Shown piece by piece: positions 24,496 to 33,370 of a stretch of DNA of 64,000 nucleotides. Made by a program: the position numbers and the translations under genes. The stretch's first letter is position 1, and every line of letters begins with the position of its first letter. Source of the stretch: Pseudomonadota bacterium (GTDB taxonomy: Bacteria; Bdellovibrionota_G; JALEGL01; DATDPG01); contig JAZDDX010000039.1 of assembly GCA_043809315.1 (NCBI GenBank), positions 32,001 through 96,000 of the forward strand. The letters are read 5' to 3'. A model generated the notes under the pieces. That model was not told where the DNA came from and made no database searches. It saw only the letters and a list, made by a program, of their open reading frames with translations.

Positions 24496-26600
24496 TCCTC
24501 TTCTTCCTTAGCCGCCTGTTTCAGGAACGGGGAGGCCGCCTTGATCTTTTCAATCAGATGTCCCGGCACCTCGCGGTACGAATCGAACTCCATCGTGAAG
24601 CTCCCCTGCCCCGCCGTCATCGACTGCAGGTCGGCGACGTAACTCTGAACCTCGGAGAGAGGACAGAAGGCGTTGACCACCGTCATGTTCCCCCGGTTTG
24701 TCATCCCGGCCACCTGTCCGCGACGAGTCGAGACATCCCCCATGATCGCGCCGGAACTCTCCTGCGGCACCACGATCTCCATCTTGTAGTACGGCTCCAG
24801 GAGCTTCGTCCCGACCTTCTCCATCGCCGCCCTTAAGCCCTTGTACCCGGCCTGTTGGAACGCGATGTCTTTGGAATCGACCGGGTGGTACTTCCCGTCC
24901 CGGAGCGTCACGCGGAAGTCGATTAATGGATACCCGGCCATCATGCCGTGCTTCGCCCGCTCGATGACCCCCTTCTCGACGGAGGGAATGAACTGCCGCG
25001 GGATCGCGCCTCCCGAGATGTCGTTCACGAACTCGAACCCCTTCGTGCGCGGAAGCGGCTCCGCATCGATGTAACAGACACCGAACTGTCCCGCGCCGCC
25101 GGTTTGTTTTTTGTGTTTCCCCTCGATCATCTGGACTCTTCCGCCCAGCGTCTCGCGGTACGGGATCGGCGGGAGCTCCTTGGTGACGGTCACCTTGAAC
25201 TTCCGATTCAGCCGCTCGATCGCGATGTCGAGATGGCTGTGACCGAGGCCGCTCAAGACTATGCGGTGGGAGAGATCGTCGACCGAGATTGAAAGCGTGG
25301 GATCTTCCTCGAGGAGGCGGTCAATCGCCTCTTTCATCTTGTCCTCGTCCTTCTTGGCGGCCGGGATCAGGATGCAGCCGATCATCGGTTTCGGATAACT
25401 CGGATTCGGCATCACCCGGACCTGTTTTAGTTCACAGAAGGTGTTGTTGGTGTGCGTCCGGGTCAGCTTGATCGCCGCCGCGATGTCGCCGCAGACGAAC
25501 GAATCGACCCGGGAGAAATCCTTTCCGCGCACGAGGTACGGCGTTCCGAGACGCATCTTTTCTCCGGTCGCGACGTTCAGAACCTCCCCGTCCTTCGTCG
25601 GTGTCCCCGAAAAAATCCGGAAGACGGTGACATGACCGACGTTCAAGTCGATCGCCGTGTGAATCACTTGCCCGAGGAACGGCCCGTTCGGATCGGGGGT
25701 GACGGTCGTCTCCTCCCCCTCCTTGGTCTGGCAGACGACCGGGGGACGGGTGAGCGGGCTCGGTACCCCGCGGGCGATCAGGTCGAGAATCGGCTGCACA
25801 CCGATGTTCTTCGAAGCGCAGGTGAAGAGAACCGGGGTCAGATTCCCTTGCGCGACCGCCTTGAAAAACACCTCCCGGACCACTTCGGGGTCGGCCTGGT
25901 TTGTTTCCAGATACTTTTCCAAGAGGGCGTCGTCGGTCGAAACGATCCCCTCGGTCAGTTCGGCGGAATTAACCTCGACTTCATCCTTGAGATCGGCGGG
26001 AACCGGACCTTCCGTCACTTTTCCGGTCAGATCTGCGGCCCATCGGTACCCTTTCTGTCCGATCAGGTCGACCACCCCAGAAAACGACTCCCCGGCTCCG
26101 ATCGGGAGCTGGATCGGGAGCAGCTGAGCCTCGAGCGCCTCCCCCACTTCCCGGACGATATCGCTCCATTTCTTCGCGGCGCGATCCATCTGGTTGATGA
26201 CCAGGACGCACGGGAGGTTCCTCTCCTTTGCCTGCGCCCACGCTTTTCGGGTCTGGAGGCGGACGCCGTCGACCGCGCTCACGACGATCACGGCCGCATC
26301 GGCCCCTTGCATCGCGGTCATCCCGTCCCAAAAGAAGTTCTGATCCCCCGGGGTGTCGAGAAAGTTGATCTTTTTCCCGGCGTACTCGACCCACCCGAAG
26401 TGCGTGACGATCGAACCCCCTCTTTTATGCTCTTCCGGCTCCGTATCGAAAACCGACGTCGGGTCCCCCGGCTTCCCCAGACGGGTCGTCCCCCCCAGGG
26501 TGAACATGATCGCTTCGGACAGGGCGGTCTTCCCGGAATGCGAGTGCCCCACGATCGCTACGTTTCGGATCTCCTCAGGTTTGACCATGCCGTTTCCCAT
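24492..26600 (-). CDS. fusA: Elongation factor G paralog (EF-G2/FusA2)
   Basis: IRNVAIVGHSHSGKT, DTPG, KKQTGGAGQFG, GKYHPVDS, LLEPY, TAGQGSF; lies outside the str operon. Confidence 0.9.
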   Translation of the reverse strand: MGNGMVKPEEIRNVAIVGHSHSGKTALSEAIMFTLGGTTRLGKPGDPTSVFDTEPEEHKRGGSIVTHFGWVEYAGKKINFLDTPGDQNFFWDGMTAMQGADAAVIVVSAVDGVRLQTRKAWAQAKERNLPCVLVINQMDRAAKKWSDIVREVGEALEAQLLPIQLPIGAGESFSGVVDLIGQKGYRWAADLTGKVTEGPVPADLKDEVEVNSAELTEGIVSTDDALLEKYLETNQADPEVVREVFFKAVAQGNLTPVLFTCASKNIGVQPILDLIARGVPSPLTRPPVVCQTKEGEETTVTPDPNGPFLGQVIHTAIDLNVGHVTVFRIFSGTPTKDGEVLNVATGEKMRLGTPYLVRGKDFSRVDSFVCGDIAAAIKLTRTHTNNTFCELKQVRVMPNPSYPKPMIGCILIPAAKKDEDKMKEAIDRLLEEDPTLSISVDDLSHRIVLSGLGHSHLDIAIERLNRKFKVTVTKELPPIPYRETLGGRVQMIEGKHKKQTGGAGQFGVCYIDAEPLPRTKGFEFVNDISGGAIPRQFIPSVEKGVIERAKHGMMAGYPLIDFRVTLRDGKYHPVDSKDIAFQQAGYKGLRAAMEKVGTKLLEPYYKMEIVVPQESSGAIMGDVSTRRGQVAGMTNRGNMTVVNAFCPLSEVQSYVADLQSMTAGQGSFTMEFDSYREVPGHLIEKIKAASPFLKQAAKEEEE

Positions 26601-26720
26601 GAACTCCTCCGCGTAAGAAACCCCTGCCCCCGGCCTTTCGCCGGTGAACGTGCTGATTTAGAACACTCTTGTTAATTGTGCAAGATTGCAGGAGAGGTTT
26701 ATCCTGGTTAACGTTAACAC

Positions 26721-28430
26721 GTGGAAGATATCCCTCTGATCCTGACGTTGCTCGACAAGAGCATCCGGCAATTCACGCTCTACGGCCGGGAACATCCCCA
26801 GACCCAACTTGCCCTTCGGGATCTCATGGCCCGCCTGGACGAGTACCTGACCAACGTCGGGCGGCTGGAGCTCACGGTCAAGCGAACCGAGTTGGAGTGG
26901 AAAGGCGAGGCCGTATTTCGGATGGAGAAGCGGGAGAACAATTACCTCCAACAGATGTATCTCGACGGAATCCGCCGACTGGGGTTCGCGCGCGAAATCA
27001 CGCCGGAAGAACTCAAGGACTTCGTGCAGGTCCTCTCCCGGGACCCCGGAGTCTACGAATCGCAAGAGGACGACACGGTCACCCTTTTCTGGAAGAAAGC
27101 GTTCCGGCACCTCTTCTATCAGACGGTCGATGTCTACGGCGGCGACCTGGTCGCCATGTTCCAGAACAACCTGTCCGAAGAAGACATGACCAAGGAGGAA
27201 ATGGACGAACGGAATTATGCACGGCATTTCGTGGAGAAACTCGTCGCGGCGGAACCTTCCCCGGGCGCGGAGTCCGTTCCCGCCCGAGCCCCTGCCAAGC
27301 CGCTCCCGGAGGTTCCTTTATTCCATTTCGAGGTTACCAGCGAGAACGGCGACCGGATCCGGAAGGAGGCGCAGGAGACCGGCATCCGCGACTTTCACCC
27401 TGAGCTGCGGACGGTCTTCTGCGAAGTCCTCGAAACCGAGGGGGAATCCGAGGATCTTCCGCCGCTGGTCGCCGCATACCTCGCGATCGTCGCGGGGTTC
27501 GTCGAGGAAGGAAAACCTACGCTCGCTGCGGAGTGGATGACGGAGCTTCGAATCGTTGAAACGTTCCTGGCCGGATCCCCGACGGCCTCGGCGATCTTCG
27601 ACCGGGAGATCGACCGCGCGTTTCCGAGCGAGATGTTTACGGCGTTGGGGAAACAGTTCGCGCACGCCTTTCCGGGAACCCCGGAAGAGTGGATCGCTTT
27701 CTTTCGGCCGCTTAAGAGCACCGCCGCTCCCATCGTCATCGAGCTTCTTACCCACCTCCCGCAAGAGACGCTTCATGCCACATTTACCGACTTCCTCCTC
27801 TCGGACATCCCGGGGGAAACCGAACTCTATCGGTCCCAACTCACGAGCCCGAACTGGATGATGATTCGGGACATGGTGCGGATCCTAGGGAAGCTCCTGT
27901 CGGGGAAGGATCTCGTGGACGCTCTCAACCGCGTGGCCGCACACCCGCACCCGGAAATACGACTGGAGGTTCTTCGTGTGGCTGGCCCGATCCCCGGGGA
28001 GTCGACGCACGAGCTGCTTCGCAGGGGGCTTATGGATTCCAACGCAGACGTCCGGAATGCGGCGCTCCGATTCGTCGGTCAGCACCGCGACCCCTATTTC
28101 GCCAAACCGCTCGCGAAGCTCGCCAACGCCGATTCGTTCCTGGAACGCGACCCGGTCGAGAAGAAGCGGTGGATGATCACGTTGGGGCGTTGCGCGGGAA
28201 CGGCCGCCCTCCCCTTTCTCGAGCAGGTTCTCGACCGGGTCGGATCGACCGATCCGGAGATCGAGGTTCGCGTGGCGGCGTTGCACGGCCTGGCCGAGAT
28301 TCCCGACCCCCGCGCACACAAGGCATTGCAGAATGCAGCGTCCCCGCTCTTCGGAAGCCGGGAGGTCAAGAAGACCGCGCGTCACCTTCTGGAGCGAAAG
28401 ACCCCGCCGAAAGAGAAGGACCCCAAGTGA
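26721..28430 (+). CDS. HEAT-repeat protein
   Basis: C-terminal repeats HPHPEIRLEVL, DSNADVRNAAL, EIEVRVAAL; GTGA overlap with the next gene. Confidence 0.75.
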   Translation: MEDIPLILTLLDKSIRQFTLYGREHPQTQLALRDLMARLDEYLTNVGRLELTVKRTELEWKGEAVFRMEKRENNYLQQMYLDGIRRLGFAREITPEELKDFVQVLSRDPGVYESQEDDTVTLFWKKAFRHLFYQTVDVYGGDLVAMFQNNLSEEDMTKEEMDERNYARHFVEKLVAAEPSPGAESVPARAPAKPLPEVPLFHFEVTSENGDRIRKEAQETGIRDFHPELRTVFCEVLETEGESEDLPPLVAAYLAIVAGFVEEGKPTLAAEWMTELRIVETFLAGSPTASAIFDREIDRAFPSEMFTALGKQFAHAFPGTPEEWIAFFRPLKSTAAPIVIELLTHLPQETLHATFTDFLLSDIPGETELYRSQLTSPNWMMIRDMVRILGKLLSGKDLVDALNRVAAHPHPEIRLEVLRVAGPIPGESTHELLRRGLMDSNADVRNAALRFVGQHRDPYFAKPLAKLANADSFLERDPVEKKRWMITLGRCAGTAALPFLEQVLDRVGSTDPEIEVRVAALHGLAEIPDPRAHKALQNAASPLFGSREVKKTARHLLERKTPPKEKDPK

Positions 28431-29935
28431 GTCCGGAAGCCAAACAAGGAACAACGCGGTCGAAAGAACAGATCGTGCAACTGAATCGGGTCGGAAGACA
28501 GTGGCTGCAGGCGTTCGCGACGATCCTCCGCACCTCCCACTTCCACGATCCGCAGAATCAGATCTTCAACAAGCCGATCGCCGCCCTCCTCCAAGCGAAC
28601 CAGGAAGTCTTGAGCGGCGAAGGGAAGATCGAGTTCCGCATCCTGGACGATCAGTTCTTTCTGAACGGACTCTGGATCAAGTCGACCCTGGCCGAGAAAG
28701 ACGCGCTCTACGCTCTGGCCGATGCGTTCAAGAAGATGGGACTCGGCGGGATCGACGTCCGTTCCGAATCGAAGGAGGAGCATTGGCGAACGCTGGCCGG
28801 AATCTTCAAGACCCTTCACGGCCCGACCGGGGAACGTGCGGAAACGATCAATGTCGAACTCGCCCGTGCCGGCATCGCCGGAATCCAGATGCACCGCGTG
28901 TTCCATCTCAAGGGCGACTCGGAACAAGGGCAACCCCTCCCGGCCCCCTCTTTCTTCGCCGTTTCGTGGTACGCCAAGTCGTTGGCGGCGCTTCGCGACT
29001 TCACCCAATCCCCCCGGGGGGAGGAGCAGGTCGCCGTGCTCCGAAAAGTCCAGCGGATCGTGTGCGAGATGATCGACCTGTGTGAAAAAAACCCGGCCCT
29101 TTTCGCCACGCTCGCCCTGATCCGAAGCTACGAATCGTACTTTTTCCACCACGGGGTCAACGTGATGATCCTCTCCATCTTGACCGGCCGGGAGATCGGC
29201 ATGGAACGGAAGGAGACGGCCGATCTTGGGATGGCGGCCCTTCTTCACGATATCGGGAAGCTTTCGATCCCGGACGAGATCCTCTCCAAGCCTGGAAAGC
29301 TCACGCCGGAGGAATGGGCCCGGATCTCCCGTCACCCGATCGAGTCAGCAAAGACGTTCCTTCTTCTCGGGTACATGAACGAATCGGTCGCGGAGCGCGT
29401 CCTGGTCTCCTACGAACACCATCTCGCTTCGCGCACGCCGAAGGCCTACCCGACTCCGCGACGGAGCGTGAACCCGACGTTGATGGCGGAGATCATCTCC
29501 GTGGCGATCGCGTACGATTCGATGACCAATGCGAAACCGTATCGGCCCGCGCTCTACCCCTGGGAGGCGATCCGGATCCTGGCGGCTCGCAGCGACCAGG
29601 GGTTCTACCGGAAGGAGATCGTCGACGCCCTTCTGCGCGTCCTGGGCCCGGTGCCGTTCGGAAGCTGGGTTTTCGTGGAGGGGGGGTTCGAGGGGATCGT
29701 GGCCGCTGCCGGGACGCTCGCTCCGACTCCGATGGTTCCGCTGGTTCTGGTCCCCGGGGAAAACGGGGATTTCCGCTGGATCGACACCGCCGAACCAAAT
29801 CCCCAGACCGGACAACGCCCCGGTGTCGTCCCCCGCGCGACGAACCTGAACCGATACCAGGATGCCGTCAAACTCCTGTTCCACTGCGTCGCTGCGGACG
29901 GACGCCTGGGCACGACCGTAGCCGCCTCTTCTTGA
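28427..29935 (+). CDS. HD-GYP domain protein (variant motifs)
   Basis: HGVNV, LLHDIGK, KPGKLTPEEW, HP, EHH, AYP, YDSMTNAKPYR. Confidence 0.85.
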   Translation: MSPEAKQGTTRSKEQIVQLNRVGRQWLQAFATILRTSHFHDPQNQIFNKPIAALLQANQEVLSGEGKIEFRILDDQFFLNGLWIKSTLAEKDALYALADAFKKMGLGGIDVRSESKEEHWRTLAGIFKTLHGPTGERAETINVELARAGIAGIQMHRVFHLKGDSEQGQPLPAPSFFAVSWYAKSLAALRDFTQSPRGEEQVAVLRKVQRIVCEMIDLCEKNPALFATLALIRSYESYFFHHGVNVMILSILTGREIGMERKETADLGMAALLHDIGKLSIPDEILSKPGKLTPEEWARISRHPIESAKTFLLLGYMNESVAERVLVSYEHHLASRTPKAYPTPRRSVNPTLMAEIISVAIAYDSMTNAKPYRPALYPWEAIRILAARSDQGFYRKEIVDALLRVLGPVPFGSWVFVEGGFEGIVAAAGTLAPTPMVPLVLVPGENGDFRWIDTAEPNPQTGQRPGVVPRATNLNRYQDAVKLLFHCVAADGRLGTTVAASS

Positions 29936-29971
29936 GTAAATCTTGGGATCCGGGTTACAACGAAAGCTGCC

Positions 29972-30964
29972 ATGAGCCTCCGAACGCTTCTCATCGGCCT
30001 CGCTCTCGTTCTGATCACCGGCACGGTCGGTTTTCATTTTCTCGAGCATCAAACGTACTTGGACGCTTTCTACATGACGGCGGTAACGGTCACGACGGTC
30101 GGGTTCACAAACGCAACGGAGCTCACCCCCTACGGGAAGATCTTCCAGGTTCTGATTCTTTTTGCGGGGTTCGGCGTCGCCTTCGCCGCCCTCTCGCAGC
30201 TCGCAGCCTCCCTCTTTCGGGGAGAGCTCCAACAGGTGTTAGGGAGAAGACGTATGGAACAAGAGATCCGGAACATGAAGGACCATTACATCCTCTGCGG
30301 CCTCGGTCGCGTGGGGCACGTCATCGCCGAGGAGTTTTTCAACCGGGAGATCCCGTTCGTGATCGTCGACAAGGATCCGGAAACGGTGCGGGGGATGACG
30401 AAGCTGGGGCAGTTCGCCTACGTCAAAGGGAATGCCGAGGAAGAAGAGGTTCTGAAATCGGCCGGGATCGCGAACGCGAGAGGGATTGTCGCGGCGGTCG
30501 GCTCCGACGCCGACAACGCCTTTATCTGCATGACAGCCCGGTCCCTGAACCCGAAGCTCCGGGTCGTCACCCGGGCGACCGACCCGAAAAACATCACCAA
30601 GCTCAAATACGCCGGTGCGGACAAAGTGGTCTCCCCCTATTCGATCGCCGGAACCCGGATGGCGCAGACGATCCTGAACCCGAGCCTCGTCGACTTCATG
30701 GAGATCGCCGCGGATCAGAGCCGCTCCGATGTCGACATGGCCGACGTCGAGATCCCTCGGGATTCGGCGTACGACGGAATCCGTCTCGATCACGCGGAGA
30801 TGAAAGACCTCGACGTGATCATCATCGGAATCCACCGGGGCGACCAGGCGATGGATTTCCATCCCGCCGCCTCATCGGTGCTTCATAGCGGCGATCGTCT
30901 GGTTGCTGTCGGACGCCCCGACCACATCCAGCGGATGATCCAGCGCGCCTCGCAACGTCGTTGA
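29972..30964 (+). CDS. RCK-gated potassium channel (pore + TrkA-N + TrkA-C)
   Basis: DAFYMTAVTVTTVGF pore; HYILCGLGRVG; AGADKVVSPY. Confidence 0.9.
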   Translation: MSLRTLLIGLALVLITGTVGFHFLEHQTYLDAFYMTAVTVTTVGFTNATELTPYGKIFQVLILFAGFGVAFAALSQLAASLFRGELQQVLGRRRMEQEIRNMKDHYILCGLGRVGHVIAEEFFNREIPFVIVDKDPETVRGMTKLGQFAYVKGNAEEEEVLKSAGIANARGIVAAVGSDADNAFICMTARSLNPKLRVVTRATDPKNITKLKYAGADKVVSPYSIAGTRMAQTILNPSLVDFMEIAADQSRSDVDMADVEIPRDSAYDGIRLDHAEMKDLDVIIIGIHRGDQAMDFHPAASSVLHSGDRLVAVGRPDHIQRMIQRASQRR

Positions 30965-31021
30965 CGCGGCTGATCCATGTCATATCCTGCCGCGGCCGAA
31001 CCAATTAACCAGAGGCGCGTC

Positions 31022-32623
31022 ATGAGAAAAGCTGCGATTTTGTTGGGAGATGAAGCGATCGCCCTTGGGGCGATCCACGCCGGAATCTCGGGAGTTTACG
31101 GGTATCCGGGAACCCCTTCGACCGAGATCTTCGAAGCGATCGAATCGTTCGACCGGGATAAAAAAATCCACGCCCGCTGGTCGACGAATGAGAAGGTGGC
31201 GTACGAGCAGGCGCTCGGCATGAGCTTTGCCGGGAAACGGGCCCTGGTCACGATGAAGCATGTCGGCTTGAACGTCGCAGCCGACCCGTTCATGAACTCC
31301 GCGGTCACTGGGGTTCAAGGTGGGTTGGTCCTCGCGGTCGCCGACGATCCCGGGATGCACTCGAGCCAGAACGAACAGGACTCCCGCTTCTACGCCCAGT
31401 TCGCCATGATCCCCTGCCTGGAACCGGGGGACCAGCAGCAGGCGTACGACATGATGCTTGGGGCGTTCGATCTCTCGGAAAAACACAATGTGCCGGTCAT
31501 GCTGAGGCTCGTCACCCGCCTAGCGCATTCGCGAGCGAACATCCGGGTTCTCGAGCGCGGCCGAGAGATGCATTCCGTCCCCCTCGCCGAGGACTGGAAG
31601 AAGTGGACGCTCCTTCCCGTCAACGCCCGGCGGAACTTCGACAAGTTGATCGCCGCGCAGAAGAGTCTTCTGAAAGAGAGCGAGGAGAGCTCCGACAACC
31701 GGCTCCGGTTTGCGAACAACTTTCGCCGAGGGATCCTGATGAGCGGAATCGCCGCGAACTACGTCTACGAGAACCTCGGAAGCGATCTCGCCGGCTACTC
31801 GACCCTCCATGTCTGCCAGTACCCTGCACCGACCGCTCTCGTCCGGAAGTTGGTCGACTCCATTGACGAGCTCCTGATCGTCGAGGAAGGGTACCCTCTC
31901 CTCGAACAACAGTTGACCGGTCTTCTCGGCCTCAAGGACGTCAAAGTCCGCGGAAAACTCAACGGGGCGCTTCCGCGAACCGGGGAACTCAACCCCGACT
32001 TGGTGCGCACGGCTCTCGATCTTCCGCCGCGGGAAAAATTGCCACTTCCGCCGAATCTAGCCGGCCGCCCCCCCCAGCTCTGTAGCGGCTGTCCGCACGA
32101 CGCCACATTTCACGCGCTCAAAGAGGCACTGGAGACCTTCGGGCGGGGACGGGTCTTCAGCGATATCGGCTGTTACACGCTGGCCGCCCTCCCCCCGCAC
32201 GATATCGTCGAGAGCTGTGTCGACATGGGGGCGAGCATCTCGATGGCAACCGGCGCCTCTCACGCCGGCCTACGTCCTGCGGTCGCGGCGATCGGTGACT
32301 CGACCTTCGCGCACAGCGGGATGACACCGCTCCGGGATGCGGCCCGGGAGAACACGCCGGTCACGGTCGTGATCCTGGACAACGCCACCGTGGCGATGAC
32401 CGGAACTCAAGAGAGCGCCGCGACGGGGGAGGAACTCCTGAACATCCTCTACGGTCTCGGAGCGCCGAAAGAGCACGTCCTCGCGATCGATCCTCTTCCG
32501 AAGAACCACAAGACGAACGTCGAGATCTTCCGACGGGAACTCGCGCACGAGGGGTTGAGCGTGATCGTCGCCCACCGAGAGTGCCTCGAAGCGATCAAAA
32601 AATCCCGGAAAGGGAAGGCGTAA
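31022..32623 (+). CDS. iorA: Indolepyruvate:ferredoxin oxidoreductase alpha subunit
   Basis: GYPGTPSTEI, NEKVAYE, MKHVGLNVAAD, SSQNEQDSR, CSGCPH, DIGCYTL, GDSTFAHSG. Confidence 0.93.
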   Translation: MRKAAILLGDEAIALGAIHAGISGVYGYPGTPSTEIFEAIESFDRDKKIHARWSTNEKVAYEQALGMSFAGKRALVTMKHVGLNVAADPFMNSAVTGVQGGLVLAVADDPGMHSSQNEQDSRFYAQFAMIPCLEPGDQQQAYDMMLGAFDLSEKHNVPVMLRLVTRLAHSRANIRVLERGREMHSVPLAEDWKKWTLLPVNARRNFDKLIAAQKSLLKESEESSDNRLRFANNFRRGILMSGIAANYVYENLGSDLAGYSTLHVCQYPAPTALVRKLVDSIDELLIVEEGYPLLEQQLTGLLGLKDVKVRGKLNGALPRTGELNPDLVRTALDLPPREKLPLPPNLAGRPPQLCSGCPHDATFHALKEALETFGRGRVFSDIGCYTLAALPPHDIVESCVDMGASISMATGASHAGLRPAVAAIGDSTFAHSGMTPLRDAARENTPVTVVILDNATVAMTGTQESAATGEELLNILYGLGAPKEHVLAIDPLPKNHKTNVEIFRRELAHEGLSVIVAHRECLEAIKKSRKGKA

Positions 32624-32624
32624 C

Positions 32625-33365
32625 ATGGAACAGAACATCATCTTATCCGGCGTCGGCGGACAGGGGATCCTGTCGATGTCGTACATGATCTGTCAGGCGG
32701 CCCTCGAGAAAAACTGGAACGTCAAGCAGTCGGAGGTCCACGGGATGGCCCAGCGTGGAGGGGCGGTCTCGAGCCACCTCCGGTTGTCCCCGAAACCGAT
32801 CGCGAGCGATCTCATCGCCAAAGGGGACTGCACTCTCCTGATCTCGGTCGAACCGCTCGAAGCGACCCGGTATCTCGATTTTCTCGCCCCCACCGCCGCC
32901 GTCGTCACCAGCATGACGCCGTACAAGAACATCCCCGACTACCCCGACCTCGCGAAGGTATGGGAGCAGCTCGACCGGGTTCACAATCTCGTCCCGATCG
33001 ACGCCGAGCCGCTCGCGAAGAAAGCGGGAAGCTCTCTCGCTCAGAACACGGTACTCCTCGGGGCCGCCTCTCTCTTCCTCGATTTTCCGGCTGCCCTGCT
33101 GGAAGCGTGGCTTGAGAAGACCTGGAAGGCGAAAGGGGATCGCATCGTGGCGACCAACCTTGAGGCGTTCCGGAACGGACGGAAGATGGCGGCGTTTCTG
33201 AGCAGCCTTTCGGCCGAAAGCGCGCCGGCCGAGGGGATCCGATTCCTGTCGAAACAGGTGCCGATCGAGAAGGCCGATCCGGCCCGGGCGTCGTCCTGGA
33301 CCGTGTTTCTCACGAACCATCGTCCCGAATCCTGGGCGGAGAAAATCCAAGGACAACTGGCCTGA
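32625..33365 (+). CDS. iorB: Indolepyruvate oxidoreductase beta subunit
   Basis: GVGGQGIL, SEVHGMAQRGGAV. Confidence 0.92.
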   Translation: MEQNIILSGVGGQGILSMSYMICQAALEKNWNVKQSEVHGMAQRGGAVSSHLRLSPKPIASDLIAKGDCTLLISVEPLEATRYLDFLAPTAAVVTSMTPYKNIPDYPDLAKVWEQLDRVHNLVPIDAEPLAKKAGSSLAQNTVLLGAASLFLDFPAALLEAWLEKTWKAKGDRIVATNLEAFRNGRKMAAFLSSLSAESAPAEGIRFLSKQVPIEKADPARASSWTVFLTNHRPESWAEKIQGQLA

Positions 33366-33370
33366 CGACC

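Noticed and set aside
30092-30115. K+ channel filter TTVGFTN lacking the second Gly
   Set aside because: Divergent filters are common in this RCK channel group; not distinctive without an alignment.
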